Shown here: piece by piece, positions 1 to 12,485 of the stretch
Numbering within the stretch: position 1 is the first letter of the stretch
Layout: every line of letters begins with the position of its first letter
Made by a program: the position numbers and the translations under genes
Assembly (NCBI GenBank): GCA_020891255.1
Contig: BQFW01000004.1
Coordinates: forward strand, 1,240,001-1,304,000
Source of the DNA: Entomortierella parvispora E1425
Taxonomy: Eukaryota; Fungi; Mortierellomycota
Length of the DNA: 64,000 nucleotides
Reading direction: 5' to 3'
Notes under the pieces: model-generated
Told to the model about the DNA's origin: nothing
What the model saw: only the letters and a program-made list of their open reading frames with translations
The model's database searches: none

Positions 1-2729
1 CGATACCGACCCCAACGCTGACCCACCTGTCCGACCAGTCATCCGCCTATCAATGGCTGAACTTGATGAGCTCCAGCGACAACTGCAAGACCTCCTCCAC
101 AAAGGCTTTATCTCCCCCAGCATTTCGCCTTTCGGTGCCCCTGTTCTTTTCACCAAAAAAAAAGATGGTGGCCTACGTCTTTGCATTGATTACCGTGGAT
201 TGAATCGCATCACCCGCAAAAATCGTCACCCTCTGCCCCGTATCGACGAACTGATCGACCGCTTCAAGACCGCCCGGTTCTTCAGCAAACTGGACCTCCG
301 ATCTGGCTACTATCAGATGCAAATCCACCCCGACGATCGCCACAAGACCGCTTTTCGCACACGGTACGGCCATTAATGCACCAGCATGGTTCTCAACCCT
401 CATGCGGACAGCCCTCGCGCCTGTCATTGACAAATGTGTAGTACTCTATCTTGATGACATCCTGATCTATTCGGACACAGAAGAGGAACACATCGAGGAT
501 ATCCGCAAGGTCCTGACCCTCCTACGAGAACATCGCCTCTACGCCAAGTTATCGAAATGCTCTTTCATGCAAGAAGAAACAGAGTTTTTGGGCCACATCA
601 TATCCAAGGACGGTATCAAAACCAATGGAGGATTGGTCAAGGCAATACGTGAATGGCCTCAACCCAGGACACTCCGTGAGCTCTTGCAATTCCTTGGCCT
701 TGCCAACTTCTACCGCCAGTATGTCAAAGGATACGCAGATATTGCACTGCCCCTCACAGAGCTGTTGAATCGTACAACCCCCTTCACCTGGTCCAGAAAA
801 GCTCAAGCCGCCTTCATCAAACTTAAAACTGCGATCACTTCAGCCCCTGTTCTCCGAATTTTTGATCCCGCCTTGTCCACCGCGATCGACACCGATGCCT
901 CAGGGTTCGCCATTGGTGCTGTCCTCTTCCAGACCGACCAATTTGGCAGATCTAGGCCTGTCGCCTTCACATCCCGCAAACTCAACCCGGCTGAGCGCGG
1001 TGGTCCATGCCCTTCGCACTTGGCGATACTATCTCGATGGATCTCACTTCATAGTGTACACGGACCACGCCACCCTCCAACACTTTCCCACTCAACCCAA
1101 CCTTACCAGGCGACAAGCCCGCTGGATGGAGTTGCTACAGGAGTACAATTTCGACTTCCGGTACAAACGAGGTGTAGACAACATAGTGCCCGACGCCCTG
1201 TCCAGAAGACCAGACCACCAAGACAAACCACCAGATCAAACATCCCCAGCATCCCTGCAGGTGGACATCGACCCCTCACTTCACGATCAACTACGCCAGG
1301 GATACGCCAATGACCCAAAATGTATGAAGATCATGGAGTTATACAAAGACGCCGCCTCTACAGACCGCTACTTCCTCAGTGAGGGTCTTTTGTTCACCAA
1401 TATTGCAGGACGCACTCGGCTATGCATCCACGACAACGACAAAATTCGGAACCAGCTCCTACACGACGCCCACGACTCCAAACTGGCAGGACACCTCGGA
1501 TTCGACAAGACCTACGACCTCCTCTGCAGGCGCTTTTACTGGCCCCGCCTGGCCAAAGACACAAAAGCGTACGTCCTATCATGCGACCTCTGCCAGAGGA
1601 ACAAACCATCCCTACAACAACCAGCGGGACTCTATATGCCACTTGCGATCCCAGGACAACGATGGGATACGGTCTCTATGGATTTTATTGTCAAACTACC
1701 AAAGACAGCCCGTGGCTACGATGCGATCACTGTCTTCGTCGATAAACTGTCAAAACAAGTCCATTTCTGCCCAAGCGTATCTTCTTCCGCGAAGTCTTCC
1801 GTCTCCATGGCATGCCCCGAGCAATCGTCTCCGACCGCGACTCACGATTCACAGGCCACTTCTGGACCACCCTCATGGGCGTTATGGACACCAAACTCGA
1901 TATGTCAACCGCGTTCCATCCCCAATCGGACGGTCAAACAGAGCGAGCCAACCGTACACTAGAAGAGATGCTACGCGCCTATATCTCGTACAACCAAAAA
2001 GATTGGGACGTCCTACTCCCAATGGTGGAGTTTGCTTACAATAACTCCCAAAACCCGTCCACAGGCTTCTCTCCTTTCCGATTAAACTACGGGCACGATC
2101 CAGTTACCCCGTCCGCATTACTGCACCCAATCCAATCCAACACTCCCGCAGCTACCGAGTTTATTTTGCAACAACAAAGCGCCCTCACGCAAGCTCAAGA
2201 CGCCATCCATCAGGCACAGGAGCGGCAGAAAACACAAGCAGATAAGGCAAGACGACCATCAACCTTCAAAATGGGCGACATGGTGCTCCTCAATGCAGAC
2301 CACTTGTCACTTGCAGCTCGTCAAAACCGCCCAGCACGTAAACTGGAACCGAAATACATCGGCCCATTTCGGATCACACGTAAAGCCAACGACAACGCGT
2401 TTGAACTAGCCCTGCCTTCAACTATGAAACAGCATCCAGTTTTCAACACCGACCTATTGCGCCCCTACATACCATCTCCACCTTCCTTCAACCGCACCAC
2501 AACCGACCGTCCCCTTCCGATCACAACTGACGATGGCGACGAAGAGTACGAGGTGGAACGGATACTGGACTACAAAATGGATCGTAAAACACCGAAATGG
2601 CCCGTTCTCTGGAAAGGCTACACCCTCGACGACGCCACTTGGGAACCAAAACGGTCTCTCGCAAATGCCCAAGAGGCACTTGCAGAGTTTGAACGCACAG
2701 AAAACCTTGAGCCGTTTTCTTTTTTTTAG
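1..2729 (+). mobile_element. Degenerate Ty3/Gypsy chromovirus pol (RT, RNase H, integrase, chromodomain); 5' part outside window, 3' LTR missing
   Basis: RT motifs [11 protein letters not shown] and YLDDILIYS; RNase H DTDASGFAIG; integrase HD..AGHLG/CDLCQRNK and SDRDSRF...DGQTERAN; chromodomain EEYEVERILD..VLWKGY..ATWEP. Internal deletions near 375, 1000 and 1780 plus frameshifts. Confidence 0.95.
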
Positions 2730-2739
2730 AGGGTCAAAT

Positions 2740-3388
2740 CAGACTGACCGTGCAGCGCCTTCACTCACAAAGCCACAAACAAAGGGTCAACTACAACCAT
2801 TGCCACCATTGCCACCACCTCATGCCTATGGTCCTGACGATTGCACTGAATGGAAAACAGTAATTGACGAAGCGCGCAGACGACGAGTGCTCAAGGAAGG
2901 AGAAGATGCAAAGAAAAACAAGAAGCCGGTGACGAATGGCTCATCCGCAAACAGCAATGAAAGCAACACCCACAGCAACCACCAGGGGGCACCTGCTTCA
3001 GGCTACTCGTACCAAGCACCTTACAGAGGTTACAGAGGAGGACGCTCAGGTTACCGAGGTGGAAACTATAACACGAACAGAGGGTCGTACAGAGGTGCAC
3101 CGTACCACAGACATGAAGGTGAGTGTGAAGAATATGTTGACGAAGCTGAAGCGGGAAGTGACGATGTAATTAACAATAATACTGTGGCAATCACGAAGGA
3201 AGTCACCAGCCTCAAGGACAAAAGCCTCTTGGAGGAAACACACCCTGAAGTAGCGAAAGAGAGCGCTGGAGACGAGAGGGGAGTTGTTGTAGCGACAGCA
3301 GAAGAAGAGCAGTCTGAAGAAGAGTGCGAAGAGGTGATAGCAATAGAAGAGACGCACACGGAGCAGGGAAAGACAAAAGTAGAGGCGT
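2740..3388 (+). pseudogene. Fragment resembling the C-terminus of an unrelated retrotransposon gag (knuckle-like remnant, RGG-rich and acidic tail)
   Basis: Cys/His cluster before YGPDDC, YRGYRGGRSGYRGG segment, then an acidic region; cut at 3389 by an LTR-A insertion. Confidence 0.4.
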
Positions 3389-3593
3389 TGTAATGTTGTC
3401 TAAAGTAAGTATAGTCTAACGTCAGCAAAGGCTGGAGGTGAAAATGATAACGAAAAGAATAATAACGAACAAAGCTCGCTGCTTACATATGATAGGGACT
3501 TTGCTCTCTGTGCCACAAGGATCAAGCACAGCACTGCTATATGATCAGATACAATCTCGAGAGAATGAACTGGATAGACAGGAGGAGGAGAAT
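3389..3593 (+). repeat. Truncated LTR-A fragment (opposite orientation to the copies at 8273-10354)
   Basis: Begins TGTAATGTTGTCTAAAG; reverse complement of about 9501-9705; interrupted by LTR-B at 3594. Confidence 0.9.
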
Positions 3594-3704
3594 TGCAATA
3601 GGAGTATCGAGGGTGGAGTGGAGACAAGAAGTGAGTTTTATTATATTGCAAGTTTCTAGCTTTTGTAGGTACACATCGCGTGATGTCACCGTATTCCTGT
3701 TACA
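3594..3704 (-). repeat. 3' LTR of element B (111 bp, TG...CA)
   Basis: Identical by eye to 10637-10747 and 13739-13849; directly follows the PPT. Confidence 0.95.
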
Positions 3705-3714
3705 CCTTCCCCTT

Positions 3715-6700
3715 TTAAAAAATGATACCGTGCTGCTCTTTGAAGGTTGTGACCAAGTCCATGCAGTTGTCCAAGTTGCTTACTGGGAGCCATTCGTCAG
3801 CTTCTCTGCCGTAGCCTTTGAATGACACTAGGAACTGGTGTTGTCTGCGGTAGAAGCGGTACTTTAAAATTTCGTCCACTTCATACTCCTCTTCGCCGTC
3901 AATTACAGTGGGATCCACGGGGGCAGGAGCTCGAATGCCGAGTGACTCCGGGGACGGCAAATAGGGTCGAAAGGTATCAACGTGGAAGACGTCATGGATT
4001 TTGTAGAATGGTGGCAGCTCGACGCGGAAGGTGACAGGTGAGTGTTGCTCCAAAAGTGTGAACGGGCCAAGGAATTGAGGTCGAAGTTTATCGGCTGGTC
4101 TGATACTGTCGGCAGGGATGGTGATATTGGTGGCACGCAGCAGGACCTTATCGCCAACCTTGTACTTGTGATCCCGTCGTCGCTTGTTTGCCTGTTGCTC
4201 CTGATGATCCTGAGCACGCTGCAGAGCATCCTGGGCCAGGGCAAGGGTGGTCGCCTGCTCAGTCAGGAAGGTATCGACAGTGGGGACTGAGCTGCTGGGT
4301 TTACCGAGGAGAGCGGTGGGGAGACGAGGGTGCTGGCCAGAGTTGAGGAAGAACGGCGAGTATCCCGTGGATGCATTGACAGCGTTGTTATAGGCGAATT
4401 CCAGTGACGGAAGGAGCTGGTCCCAGTTAGACTGCTTGTTGTCAATAAACGCTCTCAACATAGTCTTCAGCGTCTTGTTCATAACCTCTGTCTGCCCATC
4501 CGTCTGTGGGTGGTAGGCGGTTGACAGTGCAAGTTTGACATCCATTAGCCTGTGCAACTCTTGCCAGAATCTACTAGTGAATCGAGTGTCGCGGTCCGAG
4601 ATGATGGATGTTGGTGTGCCATGCAGCTTAAAGATGTTGTCAAAAAACTGGTGGGCGACGTCGACGGCTGTGGCAGAGGTAGTACTGGGGGCGAAGTGAG
4701 CTTGCTTGGTCAGCTTGTCGACAAACACTGTGATGGCGTCAAAATTTCTAGCTGTGGGCGGAAGAGGGCCGATGAAGTCCATGGTGACTACCTCCCCAAC
4801 GTTGCGAAGGAATGGGTAGCGGTTGCAAGAGTCCAGCTGGTCGATCCTGTGAGTCCTTGTTCCTTTGACACTTCTCGCAGGTTGCTACATACTGCTGGGT
4901 ATCCTTGGCGATGTGGGGCCAATATACGAAACGGCGCAGGTTGTCGTAAGTCTTTTGAAAACCAAAGTGTCCAGCAGTGGCAGAGTCGTGAGCGTCGTGC
5001 AAGAGAGTGAGGCGGATCGGGGAGTGCCGAGGGATGGCCAGGGTGGTTGCTCCACGTCGGGTAAAGTAGAGGAGGTTGTTCTGGAATGAATATCCATTGG
5101 CAACCTTCCCATCCAGGCAATCCTTGTAGATGGGTCCAAGTCGAGGATCGTCGTTGTAGTCCTGGACAAGCTGGTCACGGACGTCCGGGGACAGGGAGAC
5201 ACTGAGGTTGTATAGCTCAACAGGGTCAGGCTCGCGGTAGTCCGGTCGTCGGGAGAGAGCGTCTGGGACGATGTTGTCAACTCCTCGCTTGTACCTAAAG
5301 TCAAAGTCGTATTCCTGAAGCAACTCCATCCAGCGAGCCTGTCGACGAGTGAGTTTGGGCTGTGTGGGAAAGTGGCGGAGGGTGGCGTGGTCGGTGTGGA
5401 CGCTGAACTTGGTTCCATCGAGGTAGTAGCGCCAAGTGCGAAGCGCATGGATGACAGCCAACAGTTCCTGCTCATGGACAGGGTAGTTCCGCTCAGCTGA
5501 CTGCATTTTCCTGGAAGTGAATGCGATGGGATGGGTATTCCCTTCCCGGTCAGTCTGCAGCAGCACTGCACCGATGGCGAAACCGGATGCATCTGTTTCG
5601 ACAAAGGTGAGAGATCGGGGTCGAAGATGCGGAGGACGGGGGCGGAGCAGATGGCGCGTTTGAGCTGAAGGAATGCAGATTGTTGTTCGTCGGTCCATTT
5701 GAAGGGAGTGTTGTTGGCGAGGAGGGAAGAGAGAGGGAGGGCAATCCCTGCAAAGCCCGATACGTACTGTTGATAAAATTGCGCAAGCCCCAAAAATTGC
5801 TGGACGTCCTTTTGTGCTCTTGGGGGTGGGCCAGTCACTGATGGCTTTGCTGAGCCCGGCCGATGTTTTGATCCCGTCCTTCGTGATGGTGTGGCCCAAA
5901 AATTCAGTTTCGTCTTGCATGAAGGAGCACTTGCTCAATTTCGCGTACAGACCGTTCTTGCGGAGGAGAGCCAGGACGCTTCGGAGATGCTGCAGGTGTT
6001 CTTTCTTTGTCTTGGAGTAGATCAACAGATCGTCGAGATACACGACAACCCATTTGTCCAAGACTGGATCGAGCACTCGCAACATCATATTGGAGAACGA
6101 AGCAGGAGCGTTAGTAAGGCCAAAGGGAACAACATTGAACTCAAAGTGACCATAGCGACAACGGAAGGCAGTCTTGTGTGTGTGTGGTTCAAAGATACGC
6201 TGCTGATGATAACCGGATAACAAGTCCAACTTGGAGTAATAGCGTGCTCCACGGAAGCGGTCAAGAAGCTCGTCGATACGGGGCAACGGGTGTCTGTTCT
6301 TCCTGGTGATCTTGTTGAGGCCACGGTAGTCGACGCACATTCGGAGTGTGCCGTCCTTCTTCCGCACAAAGAGCACGGGGGCGCCATAGGGAGAGGTACT
6401 GGGTTTGATAAAACCTGCTGCTAGCAATTGGTCCAGTTGTTTGCGAAGTTCGTCAAGCTCGGCGATTGAAAGTCTAATGACAGGGCGGAAGGGTGGGTCG
6501 GCTGTCGGGTCGGTCTCGATCTTCATAGCATCACCACGGTCTGGGGGCAGGCCGTCCGGGAGTTTCTCCGGAAAGACATCAGCGAACTCTTCCATGACAA
6601 TGGACCGCACCTCTGGGGGTCATATCGGGAATTGTACGCGGTTGGTCAGTTTCTTCAGAGGGCTCTGGGGTGTTGCGAATAAGGGCCAGGAACACCTCCG

Positions 6701-7533
6701 AGCCGGGCAGGGTTGCCATGGAATGAAAGTGCATGTGTGTGAGGAGGAGTCCTTTGGTGCGGCTTTGGATGTGATCGGCCTTGAAGCCGCGGCAGCTCCA
6801 TTTGACATCGATTCCATTGTGAGTGAAATGAAGATCGTTGGTGCGCCAATTGATGCAAGGGTTAACTTTGGTGAGCCAGGGTTTGCCAAGGATGAGGTCG
6901 TATTTGTTGAGAGGATAGAGAATAGGGTTGAGCGAATCGGAGTAGTCGCTGCGGTTGAGGGTGATGGGGACGGTGTGTGATGTGAGGGAGGAAGAGCCAT
7001 TGGGGAGGAGGATGGGGATGGGCAAGCATTCAGTGCGGAGGAGCTGGTGTCGCTTTTGAAAAGACGAACTGATAATATTACCTTCTGCACCACCATCAAT
7101 CAGGATTCTGGCAGCGTGGCCATTGACAAAACCGATGAAAGTGAGCAGTTGGCTCTCTGCCTTTTGGACAGTGAATTCGTGTAGGCGAATCGCACGACGC
7201 TTCAACTTCTTCAACTGACTTTTTGGACAGAGGTACACTAGGTGCCGGCGGTACAGCGAGAGGGTCCGGTTCATCTGTATCGGAGGATCTAGGTAGAGGA
7301 GCGGACAGGGCAACTGGAGCGGGCGAGGCAACAGGTTTTTTGGTTTGGTTTTGGTTTCGGTCCGATAGAACAACCAGAGCATCGTGGATGTGAGTTCGCT
7401 TGTCATGATTGGAGTCATGTTTCTGAGGTGTAGAATCAAGTGAAGTTTTATTTGAGGTACTTAGCTCAGGGTTGTTGGCTACAGTTTCGACAACTGGGGT
7501 CCGGACCGACCCTAGTTGCCGGAGGCTTTTCCC
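3715..7533 (-). CDS. pol polyprotein of element B (PR-RT-RNaseH-IN-chromo), split by several single-base frameshifts
   Basis: ORFs 6579-7439, 4748-6610, 4885-5838 and 3715-4782 carry consecutive domains. Confidence 0.9.
7489..7533 (-). promoter_or_regulatory. Putative -1 ribosomal frameshift signal at the gag/pol junction of B (a second copy is at 13942-13986 in C)
   Basis: In-frame heptamer G GGA AAA (C: G GGA AAT), 6-nt spacer, then an 11-12 bp hairpin. Confidence 0.7.
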
Positions 7534-10520
7534 GAATCAGGGGATTCACCCGCGGTTACTTGATTAATTCCTCGGCTGCCGTTGCCGTACTTAGGGCAAT
7601 TGGGACTGATGTGACCCAATTCGCGGCAGCGGAAGCAGCCACCGTTACGTACAAGGTACTCTCGGTCGGCGGCGGTCAGGGGTGCGGGGCGATCTCGAGA
7701 AGGGTTGTTAGTACCGTTGGTGGGGCGGTTCTGTAAGGAGCGGTGAAGGGTGCCGAGTTGCTTATGGATATTGTTGAGTTGGATATGAATATTGTCCACT
7801 TCCATTGCGTTGGGGTCGGTGATACCAGCAGAGGATCCCGAGGCAGCCAGTGCTTTGGCACCGAGTGATGGGTCTCCAGTGTGGAAGATACGACCGAACT
7901 CCTCCGCGGCCTTGAAGAGTCTGGGCAGATCTATGGTGTCGTTGCCTGCATTAACAATGGCCACTTCCAGCATCTGGCGAAGCTGAGTAGGTGCACCACT
8001 GAGAAAGGCAGTACGGATAGTATCGTTGAGAACTGCGTTGTCGGCGTAGTAAGACTGGAGGAGCAGGTGGTATTCACGGGCTTTGGTAATATAGGCCATG
8101 ACGTTGGAGATGTTCAATGGTAGTGTCATTTTCATTTGCATTGTGAGGGCGAGAATGTGCTCCTTAAACTTCGCAGGACTGAACTCGGTGGCAAGGAGCT
8201 CGCTGAAATCCGGGAATGAGGTGTCGGATGGCTTGTTTAAGAGTGCCCACCAGCCGATAACCTCATCGCCGGTGTGGTGTAGTAGATGTGGAGTCCCGAT
8301 CCACATCAATCGGAGTAGATATACATTTTCAGTAGCATTTATTATTTTGTTTAGTTTCAGTTTTTTTTTCTATAAAGAAGGGAGCAAAATCCATTTTGCT
8401 CCTGGTTGCCTTTTTCCTTTACGATTCCTGCCAGTACACTTTTGTTGAACCCTTCAGAACACAAACATACATCCCCCCCTTCCTGCCCGATATCCCCTTT
8501 GCAGCAGCAGCAAGCTCGACGCCTTAATTCCGATTGCTGAGACTATTAGTAGCTAGTCTAAACCTCCTCCCCCCCCCCTTACCTTTGGATATCACAGACC
8601 TATTGCGTTCTGTTGATCGACCTTGTACACTCACAAGTTACGATCTTCCCCGTCCTCGACAAGTCCCGTTGTGGTGTAGTAGATGTGGAGTCCCGGTCCA
8701 CATCCATCGGAGTAGAGATATATTTTCAGTAGCATTTATTATTTTGTTTAGTTTCAGTTTTTTTTTCTATAAAGAAGGGAGCAAAATCCATTTTGCTCCT
8801 GGTTGCCTTTTTCCTTTACGATTCCTGCCAGTACACTTTTGTTGAACCCTTCAGAACACAAACACACATCCCCCCCTTCCTGCCCGATATCCCCTTTGCA
8901 GCAGCAGCAAGCTCGACGCCTTAATTCCGATTGCTGAGACTATTAGTAGCTAGTCTAACCCTCCTCCCCTTACCTTTGGATATCACAGACCTATTGCGTT
9001 CTGTTGATCGACCTTGTACACTCACAAGTTACGATCTTCCCCGTCCTCGACAAGTCCCGTCAAGAACCTCGGCCAACCAGTTCTCCGTGTCCTTGCTCAC
9101 TTACGAGGTACCAACAATGTCTTGTCTCTTTTGAGTGGACTTGTACGATCTTGGCATCCCACCCTGAGGCCTTAACTGGCGCTTGGGCACCCTGAGACCT
9201 TAACTGGTGCTTGGGAACCTCCCTTATCTTCTCGTCGCCTTCCCTCGAGTCCCTCCTGAACCCTCAGTTAGGCGGCCTTGTCCCCTTTCCCTGGATAGAA
9301 TACTTCTAGCCTTGCTCTTACTGATTAGATCCCTTCAATCCTCCCTTGTTGTTGTTATTAGTTAGTATAGTACCTAGTGTTCGCCTCCGTAGTTGTTTAT
9401 TCTCCTGTTTGGTTACCATTAGGACGTGCTTAGCTCATTGGTATGTCCTTATTAGTCTCCTTTCAGTTTCGTTCCTGCTTATATCGTGATCCTGTTGCTC
9501 ATTCTCCTCCTCCTGTCTATCCAGTTCATTCTCTCGAGATTGTATCTGATCATATAGCAGTGCTGTGTTTGATCCTTGTGGCACAGAGAGCAAAGTCCCT
9601 ATCATATGTAAGCAGCGAGCTTTGTTCGTTATTATTCTTTTCGTTATCATTTTCATCTCCAGCCTTTGCTGACGTTAGACTATACTTACTTTAGACAACA
9701 TCACACCGTCAAGAACCTCGGCCAACCACTTCTCCGTGTCCTTGCTCACTTACGAGGTACCAACAATGTCTTGTCTCTTTTGAGTGGACTTGTACGATCT
9801 TGGCATCCCATCCTGAGGCCTTAACTGGCGCTTGGGCATCCTGAGGCCTTAACTGGTGCTTGGGAACCTCCCTTATCTTCTCGTCGCCTTCCCTCGAGTC
9901 CCTCCTGAACCCTCAGTTAGGAGGCCTTGTCCCCTTTCCCTGGATAGAATATTTCTGGCCGTGCTCTTACTGATTAGATCCCTTCAATCCTCCCTTGTTG
10001 TTGTTATTAGTTAGTATAGTACCTAGTGTTCGCCTCCGTAGTTGTTTATTCTCCTGTTTGGTTACCATTAGGACGTGCTTAGCTCATTGGTATGTCCTTA
10101 TTAGTCTCCTTTCAGTTTCGTTCCTGCTTATATCGTGATCCTGTTGCTCATTCTCCTCCTCCCGTCTATCCAGTTCATTCTCTCGAGATTGTATCTGATC
10201 ATATAGCAGTGCTGTGCTTGATCCTTGTGGCACAGAGAGCAAAGTCCCTATCATATGTAAGCAGCGAGCTTTGTTCGTTATTATTCTTTTCGTTATCATT
10301 TTCACCTCCAGCCTTTGCTGACGTTAGACTATACTTACTTTAGACAACATCACACCGGCAAAGGCAAGGGTAACCCCGACCTTGTGAGGTTCGGCAATTC
10401 CAGCGCCATCGAAGAAAAAGGTCATGCGTTTCAGAAAACCGAGAACAGAGAATCCGTCGCGCTTGCCGTTGAACGGTGTTGGATGAGGGAATTTGAATGA
10501 CGGTGTCGCGGGGTCCATGT
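7512..10520 (-). CDS. gag of element B, interrupted at 8273-10354
   Basis: MDPATPSFKFPHPTPFNGKRDG...TLAFAG (right of 10354) joins in frame to DEVIGWW...CFRCRELGHISPNC (left of 8273) once the insert and one CCGG are removed. Confidence 0.9.
8273..10354. mobile_element. Solo LTR-A1 (about 1.04 kb, split) inserted in gag B with TSD CCGG
   Basis: Ends TGTGGTGTAG...CAACATCACA (imperfect inverted repeat); CCGG at 8269-8272 and 10355-10358. Confidence 0.9.
8670..9705. mobile_element. Solo LTR-A2 (1036 bp) inserted inside LTR-A1 with TSD CCGT
   Basis: Same termini as A1; CCGT at 8666-8669 and 9706-9709; explains the apparent U1-U1-U2-U2 tandem. Confidence 0.9.
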
Positions 10521-10636
10521 TGGGTGAATTGTCGAGGGAGAGTTGATCGAAGAGGGATACGAGGGGGTCCAGGGTGTAAGTGTGTCGGAGGGTCAGTGGG
10601 TCAGTGAGGTCAGTGGATCGAAAACCTTTGCTACCA

Positions 10637-10747
10637 TGCAATAGGAGTATCGAGGGTGGAGTGGAGACAAGAAGTGAGTTTTATTATATTGCAAGTTTCT
10701 AGCTTTTGTAGGTACACATCGCGTGATGTCACCGTATTCCTGTTACA
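10637..10747 (-). repeat. 5' LTR of element B (111 bp)
   Basis: Followed on the minus strand by PBS TGGTAGCAAAGG. Confidence 0.95.
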
Positions 10748-12450
10748 CCCGACCTTGCGAGATTCGGCAATTCCAGCGCCATCGAAGAAAAAGGTCATCC
10801 CCCAAACAAGAAGGCAACACGGATTTCGTGACCGTCTTTTTGGTGCAATTTGATTGGTTATCGCTAAGTCATGTGACCATCCCGTTGCAATCAAACAATC
10901 ACACAAATGCAGCTTACTTACACCTCCGTCTTTTTTTTATATAAACTTATTATTTATTACATATTCGTTATATAATATTTTCCTTGGCTCCTCATTCCTG
11001 AACTTCCTTATTATGCATGCATGCATGCTAATTAACAAGTGCAGTGTACACCTCCGTCTTTTTTTTTATCAAGTTTAATATGTATAATATTCGTTTTATT
11101 AATATAAATGATTTAATTATTTAATTAAAAAGAAATTCGCGGGGGGGGGTTTTTTTTTTCGTTTTTCTGTTACCCTGTTACCATTTCCGGCCATCTATTC
11201 TTCCTCACTCCCACTCTCACTCCCTCTCTCCGCCAGTATTTCCTCTTGCCTCTGCTCCTGTCTCCCTCTCTCACAGGCCCATGTCCTTTCTGTCTAGGCA
11301 CCAAAGCCGGAGCGTTTGTAAGGGCAGATGACGGCCATGCCATGCCACCCAGATGACGACCAGATTAGAGTCAGCCACTAGATGGCCACCAGATGATGAC
11401 CCATACCAGCCAGATGATGGCCAGATGACGGTCAGCGCCAGGCAGATGGTCACCATCTGACCTGTGCCAGCAAGACGATGGCCCATTACAGCGAGATGGG
11501 GGGCAGATGACGGTTAGCGCCGGGTAGATGGCGACGAACAGACCTGTGCCAACAAGATGGCGACCCATGCCAACAAGATGGCGACAGATGGCGACGAACT
11601 GTCCTCTACCAGCAAGATGATTGACCTGCGTCGACCAGATGACGGTCAGCGCGCAGTTAGATGTCCTGTTATAACAAGTTGATTGACATGCGCCTCTCAG
11701 ATGACCGCAATGAGGGGGGACAAGGACAAGGACAAGGACAAGGACGTGGCAACTGTTAAGGTAACTAAGCGTCCTTCGCTGCCTTCCATCTCTACTCGAT
11801 ACCAGCCAGACAGCTTACATGTAACGGCTCTTTCCAATTGATTGTCACTCTCAATGCTGCTGTCATATATCAGAATTACCTCAATAGACATGAAGATTCG
11901 ACTTGAAGAGATAAGATAGGAGTGTGAAAACTACCGCTTTTTTCTCCACCACTTATCACTTCCGTCTATTCAGCGTGGCACTAGCGGCAGATAGGGGCAA
12001 GGATAGGGAGGTACAGGAAGAAAGCAGAGGACGCGTATTACTTTGAAGAAAAGAAAGAGCAGGTAGGATTGATTTTTTGGAGAAAAAAAACAGCATGGAA
12101 GCACCGCGCGACTCGAGTGTTCCGGAATATCTCACATTCTTTTGTTTTTCCCTTTCCATAGTCCATCCTTCTTCACTCCTTCCCCTCTCCGGTGGAGTAC
12201 CATCTCTCTCTGCCAGTGTTTCCTCCTGCCTCTGCTCCTATTTCCCTCTATCTGTTGGTGCTCAAGTAACTTTCTAAGAGCCACAGGCCCATGTCTTTCC
12301 TGTCTAGGCATCAAAGCTGCAGCGTTTATAATAGCAGCAATAGAGGTATGTGCCTGGACTGGCAACGGTTCCTTATTTTTGCTGTTTCTCACTGTTGACC
12401 ACTTGAAATTGTCGCGCGCACACTTTGCTCTGTCGGGGCAGCAATTAAAC

Positions 12451-12485
<35 letters not shown>

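Larger units (their letters stand above)
3594..10747 (-). mobile_element. Ty3/Gypsy chromovirus element B: LTR-PBS-gag-pol-PPT-LTR, interrupted in gag by nested solo LTR-A copies
   Basis: Identical 111-bp LTRs at 3594-3704 and 10637-10747; PBS TGGTAGCAAAGG (10625-10636); PPT AAAAGGGGAAGG next to the 3' LTR; gag with CFRCRELGHISPNC knuckle; protease LIDGGA; RT YLDD; integrase; chromodomain. Flanks do not form a TSD. Confidence 0.95.

Noticed and set aside
8273-10354. Apparent tandem repeat array (397 bp x2 and 648 bp x2); CRISPR-like array or assembly duplication
   Set aside because: No short repeat-spacer structure. It is fully explained by one solo LTR inside another, with two distinct 4-bp TSDs and sequence differences between copies
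10900-11160. AT-rich patch as a point-centromere core
   Set aside because: It lies inside the Helitron and no centromere motif can be supported from sequence alone
11978-11995. Minus-strand TGCCGCTAGTG matching the Helitron 3' end
   Set aside because: No upstream hairpin and not conserved in the duplicated block
12453-12484. Long poly(T)/poly(A) runs (also 23762-23792, 35172-35198, 39009-39036) as retroposon tails
   Set aside because: No TSD or adjacent LINE/SINE body seen; several are intronic or intergenic tracts common across the window
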